This document shows, in pieces, positions 17,878 through 26,723 of a stretch of 64,000 bases of DNA. The DNA comes from Acidobacteriota bacterium (GTDB lineage Bacteria; Acidobacteriota; Polarisedimenticolia; J045): contig JANNUT010000052.1 of assembly GCA_031395565.1 (NCBI GenBank), forward strand, positions 17,882 to 81,881, given 5' to 3'. Position 1 is the first letter of the stretch. The number at the start of each line of letters is the position of its first letter. The notes beneath the pieces were generated by a model. That model was not told the DNA's origin. It saw only the letters and a program-made list of their open reading frames with translations, and made no database searches. A program made the position numbers and the translations under genes.

Positions 17878-17895
17878 GGTAGGGTTTTGCCCCAG
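17878..17895 (+). promoter_or_regulatory. Island motif copy, oriented toward the DUF362-like gene
   Basis: GGTAGGGTTTTGCCCCAG. This is the right arm of the inverted repeat, 69 bp upstream of the ATG at 17964. Confidence 0.5.
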
Positions 17896-17963
17896 TGGTG
17901 CGTGCCCTCGCTAGTTCCAGAATGATCGGGACGCGAAAACGTGTCGCGACACAAGGAACTGCC

Positions 17964-19448
17964 ATGAGAGCCGCACTTAGAACGCAAGCCCCGCCAACGA
18001 CGGGTATCACTGGGCACAGCCCGCTGACTATAGATACAGAGAGCGGATTGTATGCACCGTTCTATCGACGTCGAGAATTTCTGATACGCGCGTCGCTCGC
18101 TTCGGCCGCGGCGCTGTTTGCTTCCAACTGGGTGTTTGATGAGGACCTGCCGCTAGCAGCTCCACGAGTTGTGCACGTTCATCACGGGCGCGCGGCGCGT
18201 TGGACGCGTACGACTGGCAACTATCGCGACTTCATCGACCAAAGCATCGTCACATTGATGCTCGATCAAGCCGTGCAGTCGCTCAAGGGCGGAACCGTGG
18301 CGCAAGCATGGGGAAATGTCTTCTCGCTCGCATCGCCTGAAACGCGGCTGCTCGGGATCAAGGTCAACTGCAACAACGCCAGCCTCGCCACCGATGGAGC
18401 AGGGTCGAGTATCGACGCAGTCCCTGAGCCGGTGATTGCGATTCTCAAGGGATTTCTGCGTACCGGAGGACGGGCCGCCAACTGCTACGTGTTCGACCTC
18501 TCGACCAGCGGTGGTTATCGCTACATTGCGACATGGTTTCGCAACAGAGTGCTCGCAGCCGTGCCTGGAGTGCAGTTTCGCGATGCGGCTGCCAACACTG
18601 GCGGCGCTTACAATGCAGCAACGCACGTCACTTGGTCTGCTGGCTATGCTACGACGCCACCGGTCACGCGCATTCACGATCTTCCGCGCCTATGCGATTA
18701 CATCGTCAACGTTCCAATCGTCAAACGTCACATCGGTGCCGGCGCAACGCTCGGCTACAAAAACCACTTCGGGACGATCGAGAACTGCAACGGTCTCCAC
18801 AACTACGTGTTCTCAGACGTCACGCAGGCGTCAGTTCTAGCCGACATCATGGGCAGCCCGGTGGTGGCAGGTGACGCGACCGTGCGCTCATTGGCGCAGA
18901 AGACCGTGCTCACCGTCGGCGACATGCTCTACGGTCAACCATGCAAGAACTTCGGCCTGTCTCCTGAACCGTGGGTGACGTTTGGCCGCGAGTGGCCCAA
19001 CAACTTGATCGTCGCATCGGATCCGGTCGCGGCGGACTCGGTCATGATCGATCTGCTGGAGGCCGAGCCAGCCGGAGGCGCCTGTGGCGGCATCTCCACT
19101 TGGACGCGCCGCTACCTGCAGTCTGCGGAAGCCAAGGGGCAGGGTGTTCACGACCACGTCGCCCTTCCCACTGGTCAGCGATTCGATCCAGCACGCATGA
19201 ACTACACGCGGCTGGCGTACCGCCATCTCGAGATCTGTCCAGGTGGTGCCGATCTACGTGTCACCAAGAATCTCGACGGCTCGACACAGCTGACGTGGAG
19301 TCACTACTTCGCAGGCAATTGCGAAGTACAGCGCGCGACAAAACCCGATTTCTCGGACCAGATCGTGATCGCGTTGAACGGGCTTGGCTACTGTACCGAT
19401 AGCTCGGGCATCGCGCCCGCGTACTATCGCGTCAACTTCGTGGGCTAA
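17964..19448 (+). CDS. Tat-exported DUF362-like protein with a C-terminal FN3-like module
   Basis: Twin-arginine signal YRRREFLIRASLASAAALFA. LGIKVNCNN..., VPIVKRHIGAGATLGYKNHFG and LIVASDPVAADSVMIDLL resemble DUF362. The start is uncertain (17895 or 17964). Confidence 0.55.
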   Translation: MRAALRTQAPPTTGITGHSPLTIDTESGLYAPFYRRREFLIRASLASAAALFASNWVFDEDLPLAAPRVVHVHHGRAARWTRTTGNYRDFIDQSIVTLMLDQAVQSLKGGTVAQAWGNVFSLASPETRLLGIKVNCNNASLATDGAGSSIDAVPEPVIAILKGFLRTGGRAANCYVFDLSTSGGYRYIATWFRNRVLAAVPGVQFRDAAANTGGAYNAATHVTWSAGYATTPPVTRIHDLPRLCDYIVNVPIVKRHIGAGATLGYKNHFGTIENCNGLHNYVFSDVTQASVLADIMGSPVVAGDATVRSLAQKTVLTVGDMLYGQPCKNFGLSPEPWVTFGREWPNNLIVASDPVAADSVMIDLLEAEPAGGACGGISTWTRRYLQSAEAKGQGVHDHVALPTGQRFDPARMNYTRLAYRHLEICPGGADLRVTKNLDGSTQLTWSHYFAGNCEVQRATKPDFSDQIVIALNGLGYCTDSSGIAPAYYRVNFVG

Positions 19449-19654
19449 GACCGCACCGCGGAACGTGTCAACGATTCTGGGCGAACGATCTCGGATCGCG
19501 AACATGCCCGCGATGATCGAGCACGGCGGTGAAGAGGAGGGGTGAGGGCGCGTGTGGCGCAAGCGCGATTCAGCTCGAGCGCAGTCGGGACGTTCGGTGA
19601 ACACATGGGCGCCGCCGCCCAGCAGCCAGAATCACCGTAATCCCTACTGCGGCG

Positions 19655-19870
19655 TCAGGCCGCGCGGCGCCACTCGTAACGATGGTGACGGCCGCCGAGG
19701 CGAGGACGCGCCACTACGTGAGCTCGGGAACTCGGCTGTGCCTCGACTGCTCGCACTACGGGTGCTTACCTCACCAACCCGAGATGCCTCCGGTCCTCAT
19801 GATAGTAGGCGGCGAAACCGGTGAGTAGACGTTGACAATGCCGCTCGTCGAAGACGATGAGTTGGTCAAG
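19655..19870 (-). mobile_element. Remnant: C-terminal ~70 codons of an rve (DDE integrase-core) transposase with an in-frame TAA
   Basis: The minus strand reads LDQLIVFDERHCQRLLTGFAAYYHEDRRHLGLVR*APVV...RPRLGGRHHRYEWRRAA*, the characteristic tail of integrase-core transposases. No N-terminal part is present. Confidence 0.6.
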
Positions 19871-20075
19871 ACAAACAGACCGCACGACGTGCGAAACGGA
19901 ACCTGTATCAACCTAAGAAGCGTCGGCGCGATGGCACGACACACGTCGTTTTCGAGCCGGTCGAATTCATCGCCAAGTTAGCCGCGTTGACTCCTGCACC
20001 GCGCGTTCATCTCGTCAGCTACCACGGCGTGCTCGCTCGCGGCGCACCAGGGCGTGATCGAATCGTGCCGCAGGT
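19871..20075 (+). mobile_element. Remnant: internal/C-terminal fragment of an IS91-family (Y2/HUH) transposase
   Basis: It reads ...RNLYQPKKRRRDGTTHVVFEPVEFIAKLAALTPAPRVHLVSYHGVLARGAPGRDRIVPQ. The DGTTHVVF.P.EFI.KLAAL.P.PR..L..YHGVLA block is typical of IS91 transposases. No start codon or N-terminal domain is present, and it abuts the rve remnant. Confidence 0.6.
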
Positions 20076-20093
20076 CGGGTTACACCCTATTGG
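20074..20093 (+). promoter_or_regulatory. Island motif copy (GTCGGGTTACACCCTATTGG), oriented toward the 20241 gene
   Basis: It shares 14 of 14 nt (GGGTTACACCCTAT) with the copy at 24058 and lies directly at the end of the IS91 remnant. Confidence 0.4.
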
Positions 20094-20240
20094 TGAGCGC
20101 GAGCACTGCGTTCAATGTAGTGACGTAGCGCTGCTACTTCGCCTTCGGTGTCGTGTCGGGTGACATTGGAGAGGTTGTCAGCATGCTCGCTTCGACCATC
20201 GTCTGAGCACCGTGCCCGGTGGTGATCCCCCAAACGCCGC

Positions 20241-21938
20241 GTGATCGAGAAAGGCACAAATACCATGACCGAAGATACACGGAGAGGAATGCGGGGTTCT
20301 TGGTGTCGTTGGTGGGCCACCGTGGCGGTGATTGTGGTCGTTGTGCAGGCTGCGGCAATCGCAGGCGTTCAGTGGCCGTTGAGGCTGTCAGCGAACGGTC
20401 GTCAGCTGCTAGACGAAAACGGCACGCCATTTCTAGTGATCGGAGATGCCGCGTGGGCGATGGCGGTCAATTTGTCGCCAGCCGAGATGGACAGCTATCT
20501 GGACGACCGTGTCGCCAAGGGATTCACGACGCTCATCGTGAGAGCGATCGACTCAGACGTGTCAGCAGGTGGGCCAACGGACTATCGCGGTGCAACGCCT
20601 TTCTCCCACGGCCCAAACGACTGGAGTGTTCGCAACGAAACGTACTGGCAAACCGTCGATCTGCTGATGGCGCGCGCCAAGGTGCGCGATCTGCTCGTGA
20701 TCTTCGTTCCGGCCTACCTCGGCTATCAATGCGGCAGCCAGGGATGGTGCCAGTCGATGAAATCACAGTCAGACGCTGCGATGTACGACTACGGGCGCTT
20801 CATCGCCAACCGCTACAAGGGATACAAGAACATCGTCTGGCTAGACGGTGGCGATTGCGACGCGGATCAGTACGGCACGGCCATCGATCGGGTGATCGCG
20901 TTGAAGAACGGCATCGTGTCGATCGATCCCGGGACTCTACGGCTCGGGCACACGAGCCGTAACGGTGAATCGGCGCTCGACTACCCGTGGATCGATACGC
21001 ACCCAGCGTACTCGGACTGCGATTCGTCCTCGCTGCGAGTTCGCACGGAGTTCGACCGGCAGCCCACGCGGCCGGTAATGCTATTGGAGGGGCGCTACGA
21101 GAATGAAGGCGCGAGCAGCAGCTGCATCGCTTCGCAGGCGATGTGGTCACTTCTCGGGGGTGCAATTGGGCACGTTTTCGGTAACCGGCCGATCTGGGAT
21201 TTCTCATCCGGTTGGCAGGGGCCCAGCGGCATCGGCGCAACTGGTTCGGTGCAAATGTGGAACATCGAGAAGCTCATGCGTTCGCGTGCGTGGTGGCGCT
21301 TCGAACCCGATTACGCACATACCACCGTGACTTTCGGTTTCGGTACGCTCGGGAGCGCCGGATACGTCCCAGCCGCACGTACCGATGATGGCCAAACGAT
21401 CATGGCCTTCTTGCCTTCTACCGTAGGTCCAGTACGAGTCAACATGACGCGCGTTGGGGGGGCCTCCGCCAAGGCATGGTGGTTTGACAACAAACTCGGA
21501 ACTTCGACGCTGATCGGTTCGTTTCCGGCCACGGGCACGCGCGACTTCACGGCGCCGGCTCAGGATTTGACGCTCGTATTGGATGTCGAGAACGCCGCGC
21601 TTGCAGCACCGGGAACCACGACATTCGCGCCACCAGTTCCTCTGGCTAGGGCTGTTGGCTTGCGCCTCCTCCCTCCGGTCGTTGCCGCAGGCAACACCGT
21701 CAACCTGACGATGCGCTGGCTGATCGTGCCTGGGGCGGCGAGCTATCGAATTTATCGTAGCGGCAACGCTGCCGGAACTTGGAATGAGTCTATCGCTGCG
21801 GGCTCGACATGCTTCGATACCAACGGCGATGCGTTGGACGACACCTGTGAGTTCAGCTGGGGAAGTCTCCCAAGACAACGAACCGACTACTTTCTGGTGA
21901 CCGGCTACGCAGGGTACTCGGAGTCGCCGCTGCACTAG
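20241..21938 (+). CDS. Secreted glycoside-hydrolase-like protein (DUF4038/GH140-like N-terminus) with a C-terminal FN3-like module
   Basis: 565 aa. NGRQLLDENGTPFLVIGDAAWAMAVNLSPAEMDSYLDDRVAKGFTTLIV resembles the DUF4038 N-terminus. Alternative starts are at 20265 and 20289. Confidence 0.5.
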   Translation: MIEKGTNTMTEDTRRGMRGSWCRWWATVAVIVVVVQAAAIAGVQWPLRLSANGRQLLDENGTPFLVIGDAAWAMAVNLSPAEMDSYLDDRVAKGFTTLIVRAIDSDVSAGGPTDYRGATPFSHGPNDWSVRNETYWQTVDLLMARAKVRDLLVIFVPAYLGYQCGSQGWCQSMKSQSDAAMYDYGRFIANRYKGYKNIVWLDGGDCDADQYGTAIDRVIALKNGIVSIDPGTLRLGHTSRNGESALDYPWIDTHPAYSDCDSSSLRVRTEFDRQPTRPVMLLEGRYENEGASSSCIASQAMWSLLGGAIGHVFGNRPIWDFSSGWQGPSGIGATGSVQMWNIEKLMRSRAWWRFEPDYAHTTVTFGFGTLGSAGYVPAARTDDGQTIMAFLPSTVGPVRVNMTRVGGASAKAWWFDNKLGTSTLIGSFPATGTRDFTAPAQDLTLVLDVENAALAAPGTTTFAPPVPLARAVGLRLLPPVVAAGNTVNLTMRWLIVPGAASYRIYRSGNAAGTWNESIAAGSTCFDTNGDALDDTCEFSWGSLPRQRTDYFLVTGYAGYSESPLH

Positions 21939-22000
21939 AAACTGTCCGTCCAAAGCGGACACGTAAGCGACATGCGCGCCGGAATCAACGCGTTGCTTGG

Positions 22001-22681
22001 CTATTCGACGGTGAATCGGACGCCGGAATCGATGATGCCAGCCGCAATCGCATAGCGCGTGAGACCCGCCGTATCATGGATGTCGAGCTTACTCATCAGA
22101 TGCTGTCGATGCTTCTCCACGGTCTTGATGCTGATTCCCAGTTCATCGGCGGTCTGTTTGTTGGCCTTGCCTTCAGCGATCAGTTGGAGAACCTCCACCT
22201 CTCGGGACGTCAGGTGCACGGCCTTCGCCCCGCTGTGTCCTGTACCGCTGATGACTGACTTTCGCTCGCGCTCGCGCCGTCGCCTGGCGATGGATGTATC
22301 GAAGAACTGGTTGCCAGACTGGATTGCCCGAATTGCCTTAGGAAGTATCAGGGCCGAAGACTGCTTGATCAGGTATCCAGCGGCGCCGATCTCGACCGCT
22401 CGTTCGACATACTCGTCATCACCGTGCGCCGAAAGGACCAACACTTTGGTTGCGGGAGCGTTCTTGAGTACCTGCCGAGTAGCTTCCAGTCCATTCAAAA
22501 GCGGCATCGCGAGGTCCATCACGACCACGTCGGGTGCAAGCTGCTTGACGAGTTGTACAGCTTGGCGGCCGGAGCTTGCTTGCCCGACGACCAGGATGTC
22601 GGCTTCTGTCCCCAACAGGGCAGCGAGTCCCTCACGAACGATCTCGTGATCATCAACCAGCAAGACGGTGATCGGTTTCAT
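22001..22681 (-). CDS. NarL/LuxR-family response regulator
   Basis: 226 aa. The REC domain (VLLVDDHEIVREGL...DVVVMDLAMPLLNG) is followed by a LuxR HTH (LTSREVEVLQLIAEGKANKQTADELGISIKTVEKHRQHLMSKL). Confidence 0.9.
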   Translation of the reverse strand: MKPITVLLVDDHEIVREGLAALLGTEADILVVGQASSGRQAVQLVKQLAPDVVVMDLAMPLLNGLEATRQVLKNAPATKVLVLSAHGDDEYVERAVEIGAAGYLIKQSSALILPKAIRAIQSGNQFFDTSIARRRRERERKSVISGTGHSGAKAVHLTSREVEVLQLIAEGKANKQTADELGISIKTVEKHRQHLMSKLDIHDTAGLTRYAIAAGIIDSGVRFTVE

Positions 22682-22682
22682 C

Positions 22683-23852
22683 TCAAGAGCTCAAGCGGCG
22701 AGGCCGCCGCTGTGTGAGCCTGTCGCCGAATGGAACCAGTACGATGACGGTCGTGCCTTTGCTAGGCTCGGATTCGATGCTGAAGGTGCCGCCGACCATC
22801 TCGGTGCGCTCTCGCATCCCGAGCAACCCCAATCGCAGTCCCGGTTTGATGCGCGAGACGTCAGCCACCTTGAAAGACTTGCCGTCGTCGTGGATTTCCA
22901 TGCGGACGTTGTCTCCGAGTCTCTGGAACGTGACCTCCAGCAGATTTGCCCGAGCGTGCCTGTCGACATTCGTGAATGCTTCTTGAGCCACTCGATAGAG
23001 CACGGTCCGAACATCGCTTCGCAACTCCTCGATCGAAGCAAACGTCTTGAAATGAACTTCGATATGGGTTCGCTTGGAAAAGTCCGTCAGGTAGGACTTG
23101 AGCGCAGCAACGAGCCCTAGATCGTCTAGCAGCGGAGGTCGTAGCTCGCGTGCAAATCGGTGCACCCGGTTCAGCGATTTCTCCAGCAGCCTCTGGGTGC
23201 TAGCGATCTTACGCTTGAGGCTGGTCGTACTGACGGTGGCCTCCTTGGTCAGCGTTGCTAATCTGACATTGACGGCAGTCAGGGTCTGGCCGATTTCATC
23301 GTGGAGTTCTCGGCTGATCTGTTTTCGTTCCTCTTCATGGGCATACAGGATCTCGTGAGAGAGTCTCCGCAGCTGCTCCTGCAAACGCTCCGAACTCGCG
23401 AGTAGTTGACCGCAGTGCGCCTCGCTGGTCGCGAGGGCTTTTTGAGCCGATTCACGTTGACCGATTTCTCGCTCTAATTGACGGCGCAACGCGGCCAACT
23501 GTTTGGTCCGCTCGCGCAGCGTGGCGTTGGCACGAGTCAAGTTGCCGTTGCTTTTGATTGCCGTTCGATGGGCGTTCCCAAATGGCATGAGTGCCTTGAA
23601 GAAAAAGCTCGCGCTCCCCGTGGCGACTCGATTGCTCTTCGCGGCGCCGGTGCTCACAGAGAGCGCCGTTGCTAGGGCGCTCGCATGCATCTTGACCAGA
23701 TCGAACGTGTTCAACCCGGCGGCCAGCGCTTCGAGCCCGAGCAACTCGGCGGGCCGGAGGCTCGCGCTTCGCCCAGGCGCCAATTGCTTTCGCAACTCGA
23801 GCGTGTAGCGTCGCGACAAGCCGGTTTCCTGCACCTTAGAGTTCGAACTCAT
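22683..23852 (-). CDS. Cytoplasmic HisKA_3 sensor histidine kinase with an RsbU_N-like N-terminal domain and a coiled coil
   Basis: 389 aa with no TM segment. H-box EEERKQISRELHDEIGQTLTAV and an HATPase_c domain (N, G1 and G2 boxes). It ends 1 nt before the regulator gene. Confidence 0.85.
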   Translation of the reverse strand: MSSNSKVQETGLSRRYTLELRKQLAPGRSASLRPAELLGLEALAAGLNTFDLVKMHASALATALSVSTGAAKSNRVATGSASFFFKALMPFGNAHRTAIKSNGNLTRANATLRERTKQLAALRRQLEREIGQRESAQKALATSEAHCGQLLASSERLQEQLRRLSHEILYAHEEERKQISRELHDEIGQTLTAVNVRLATLTKEATVSTTSLKRKIASTQRLLEKSLNRVHRFARELRPPLLDDLGLVAALKSYLTDFSKRTHIEVHFKTFASIEELRSDVRTVLYRVAQEAFTNVDRHARANLLEVTFQRLGDNVRMEIHDDGKSFKVADVSRIKPGLRLGLLGMRERTEMVGGTFSIESEPSKGTTVIVLVPFGDRLTQRRPRRLSS

Positions 23853-23957
23853 GGTTCACCTCGGCGGAAGCGTTTCAAGCGCAACCACTCGCCGGGTATG
23901 CCATCGGACGACACACCAAAATCGCCGCCATTGTGAGCCTGCCTCCGGGACATGTCT

Positions 23958-23976
23958 ATGGGGCAAAACCCCCGCC
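23958..23976 (-). promoter_or_regulatory. Island motif copy, oriented toward the kinase-regulator operon (106 bp upstream of the ATG at 23852)
   Basis: The plus strand reads ATGGGGCAAAACCCCCGCC. The CCCCAT-proximal half is conserved and the distal half is degenerate. Confidence 0.4.
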
Positions 23977-24057
23977 CGGCTGGCCGAAAGTCCCGATGAA
24001 CTGGGCGTGAGCTGCGCGGCGCGAGGTTGATACTGGCCGGCAGGCCAAGAACAGTAC

Positions 24058-24075
24058 GGTAGGGTTACACCCTAT
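24058..24075 (+). promoter_or_regulatory. Island motif copy (GGTAGGGTTACACCCTAT), oriented toward the 24215 micro-ORF
   Basis: It contains the perfect palindrome TAGGGT-TAC-ACCCTA and lies 140 bp upstream of the ATG at 24215. Confidence 0.5.
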
Positions 24076-24214
24076 CGAAAGATCCCGAACGCCAGCGCAG
24101 CATGTCGATCGTGGTGACCCGCCATCCAGCGAGACCAACGCTCGTGCCGGCAGTAAGCAGGTCACCAGCAAGAGCGAATCAGCGTCTCAGGCGAGGTCTA
24201 GAAGGGAGCAAATC

Positions 24215-24370
24215 ATGCTGTGGACTATTGCGGTAGTGCTCGTGTTGTTGTGGTTGCTTGGCCTCGTCAGCAGCTACACGATGGGCGGATTCATCCACCT
24301 GTTGCTGGTGATCGCCGTTATCGTCGTGCTGGTTCGAGTCATCCAAGGGCGGCCGATCACGAGTAGTTGA
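24215..24370 (+). CDS. lmo0937-family small membrane protein (51 aa; absent from the ORF track)
   Basis: GAAGGGAG RBS. MLWTIAVVLVLLWLLGLVSSYTMGGFIHLLLVIAVIVVLVRVIQGRPITSS matches the widespread MLWTI...HLLLV...I.GR micro-protein family. Confidence 0.7.
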   Translation: MLWTIAVVLVLLWLLGLVSSYTMGGFIHLLLVIAVIVVLVRVIQGRPITSS

Positions 24371-24474
24371 CGTGCTGTGACCTTTCGACGGTCTTTGCGC
24401 TCGACGTGCTGGATGGACTTCTGCTCGCTGATCTGAACTCTGTACCGCTCGAGGCAAGATCACTGGAGTTTCGT

Positions 24475-24711
24475 ATGAGGCCGAAAATCGCACTAGCAAT
24501 TGTATTGATGGCGATAGGTGCTGTGGCGCTCGCTTATCAGGGGATCACCTACACGACGAGAGAGAAGACTCTCGACCTCGGACCACTACAGGTGACCACC
24601 GAGAAGACCAACCGCATTCCGCTCCCGCCAATCGTCGGAGCGGTTGCGCTGGTTGGCGGCCTGGTTCTCTTGGTCGTCGATTCGAAGCGGTCTGCTCGGG
24701 CGACAGCATGA
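24475..24711 (+). CDS. Small two-TM membrane protein (paralogue of 35394-35678)
   Basis: 78 aa with a GGAG RBS. Pattern ...ALAYQGITYTTREKTLDLGPLQVTTEKTNRIPLPPIVGAVALVGGLVLLVVD. It shares the IPLPPI.GA.ALVGG...L. core with the 35678 ORF. Confidence 0.6.
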   Translation: MRPKIALAIVLMAIGAVALAYQGITYTTREKTLDLGPLQVTTEKTNRIPLPPIVGAVALVGGLVLLVVDSKRSARATA

Positions 24712-24820
24712 TGCACTTCGCGATGCCGTGGTTCGAAGGGAAGGCCGTCGATTACGCTGGTAGGGACGCGAACTGAGCAGCACCGAGTTTTCCCCCGACG
24801 CCCAAAGCGTCGCTTAAATA

Positions 24821-24857
24821 GGCAGGGTGTTTGCGCACCCGCGCGGAACACCCTGCC
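24821..24857 (+). promoter_or_regulatory. Perfect 11-bp inverted repeat (GGCAGGGTGTT-N15-AACACCCTGCC); variant of the island motif upstream of the 24937 gene
   Basis: The right arm cGGAACACCCTGCC resembles GGTGAACACCCCAT and lies 80 bp upstream of the ATG at 24937. It could alternatively be a terminator-like hairpin for the preceding operon. Confidence 0.35.
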
Positions 24858-24936
24858 AGTCGCCTCGGCCCCGGCGTCGTGCGGCGCCAAGTCTGCAAGC
24901 GATCGATCGTGGGTCGCTCTCAACAGGAGCGCGTGA

Positions 24937-26673
24937 ATGCTCGTTTATCGATCGCCCTTTGCTTTCATCCTGCTGGCGTCCTGTTTCGCGGCGCCGGCGG
25001 TGAGCGCAGACATCATTACCAACTTCGTCGACAACCTGCGCACTGCATCAGCTTCAGATCAGTTGTTTCTGACGCCCCAGGTGGTCCAAAACATCGCTTT
25101 TGGCCGACGCTACAGTGTGCCGGTTACAGGGCAAGTGCACGCGCAACCATTGGTTGCCAACGGAACGCTGCTGATTGGGACCGAAGATAACTGGGCCTAC
25201 GGTATTGACCCAGATACGGGGTTGAAACGCTGGTCGCGTCAGCTCGCGACACCGTGGAACGCGTCCGATATCGGTTGTGGCCAGATCTCGCCGCGGATTG
25301 GCATCACTGGAACTCCGGTGATCGATGAGGCAACTGGTACCGAATATCTGGTTTCGATGTCCTACGCTTCTGGATCGACCGGGCCAGCCACGTTCTCGAT
25401 GCATGCGCTGGACGTCAACTCAGGAACCGAACGCCGTGGCTGGCCTGTCTTGCTGCAGGGTGTCGCCCAAAACGCGCCGGCGATGACATTCAACGCCACC
25501 AACCATGCGCAACGACCAGGGCTGCTTCTGCTCGATGGGGTGATCTACGCCGCGTTCGGCTCACACTGCGACCGAACTCCCTATCAAGGCTGGATCTTCG
25601 GTGTGGCCACAAGCGGACAGGTCAAGGCGCGCTGGACATCACCTGTGACCGCAGGTAAGTCGGGCGCATCGATCTGGCAGTCGGGCAGCGGCCTGATGTC
25701 CGACGGCAGCGGGCGAATCTACTTCGCCACCGCCAACGGAAGCGCACCGACCGTGCCAACCTCGGGCAACACTCCTCCAGGTGACCTCGGAGAATCGGTG
25801 GTGCGACTTGCCGTGCAGGCCAATGGAACACTCCTGGCGCAGGATTTCTTCGCCCCGTCGAACGCGCCGACGCTCGATGCTGCGGATAACGACCTCGGCT
25901 CGGGTGGAACCGTGGGGCTACCGTCGGCGTACTTCGGAACGGCGTCGTCTCCGCACCTGCTGATCGTGGGTGGCAAAGAGGGATGGCTCTATCTGCTTGA
26001 CCGCGACAGGCTCGGCGGATTTCGCCAAGCGGCGGCAGGTGGCGACGACATCCTGAGCCGTTACGGGAAGTTCAACAGCATCTTCGGACGCGTCGCCGTT
26101 TGGTCGGGCGACGGCGGTTATGTATATCTGGCCGCCGAATGGGATACGCTGCGTTGCTTCCAATACCGCGTCACGGGAGGGAAGCCGACGCTGGTGCAGG
26201 TCGCCATGTCACCACAGTCCTTCAACTTTGGGTCCAGTTCGCCATTGGTCACCAGCAACGGCATCGCTTCGGGGTCGGCACTGGTTTGGATGATCAGCGC
26301 TACCGGAACGCTGTATGCATGGGATGCGCTGCCGCAGGGAAGTTCGCTGATTCTGCGTTACTCCTCCGGGATTGGAACGGCGTCGAAGTTTCTTTCGCCA
26401 AGCGCCGCTCGGAACCTGATCTTCATCGGCACCAGCGATGGTCATGTGCTGGCCTATGGCGCACCCGTTGTCACGCTCCTCCTGACCAAGAACACTGCCA
26501 ACAACGCAGTCAAGTTCTCATGGTCCGGCGGGATTGCGCCGTACACCCTGCGTCAATCGCCAACCGCGCGGTTCAACGGTTCGGTCACCACCCTAGTCGA
26601 TCATCAGGGGCAGACAAGTTTCGAGGATCCAACACCGACTGATCTGAGCAGCTACTTCTATCTCGTGAATTGA
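24937..26673 (+). CDS. Secreted PQQ-like beta-propeller repeat protein with a C-terminal FN3-like module
   Basis: 578 aa with a signal peptide. It carries repeated motifs of the type AQPLVANGTLLIGTEDNWAYGIDPDTGLKRW. Confidence 0.7.
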   Translation: MLVYRSPFAFILLASCFAAPAVSADIITNFVDNLRTASASDQLFLTPQVVQNIAFGRRYSVPVTGQVHAQPLVANGTLLIGTEDNWAYGIDPDTGLKRWSRQLATPWNASDIGCGQISPRIGITGTPVIDEATGTEYLVSMSYASGSTGPATFSMHALDVNSGTERRGWPVLLQGVAQNAPAMTFNATNHAQRPGLLLLDGVIYAAFGSHCDRTPYQGWIFGVATSGQVKARWTSPVTAGKSGASIWQSGSGLMSDGSGRIYFATANGSAPTVPTSGNTPPGDLGESVVRLAVQANGTLLAQDFFAPSNAPTLDAADNDLGSGGTVGLPSAYFGTASSPHLLIVGGKEGWLYLLDRDRLGGFRQAAAGGDDILSRYGKFNSIFGRVAVWSGDGGYVYLAAEWDTLRCFQYRVTGGKPTLVQVAMSPQSFNFGSSSPLVTSNGIASGSALVWMISATGTLYAWDALPQGSSLILRYSSGIGTASKFLSPSAARNLIFIGTSDGHVLAYGAPVVTLLLTKNTANNAVKFSWSGGIAPYTLRQSPTARFNGSVTTLVDHQGQTSFEDPTPTDLSSYFYLVN

Positions 26674-26723
26674 CAGGGGTGATTTTTTGCCGCAACCGCC
26701 TCACCCTGGGCTCGGTGCGAATT

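Noticed and set aside
17895-17963. N-terminal extension of the DUF362-like ORF (start at 17895)
   Set aside because: The extension starts inside the inverted-repeat motif and precedes the twin-arginine signal by more than 50 residues. The ATG at 17964 gives a more normal Tat leader. The choice remains uncertain.
19552-19824. 90-aa plus-strand ORF
   Set aside because: It is the antisense frame of the rve transposase remnant. It has no RBS and no family.
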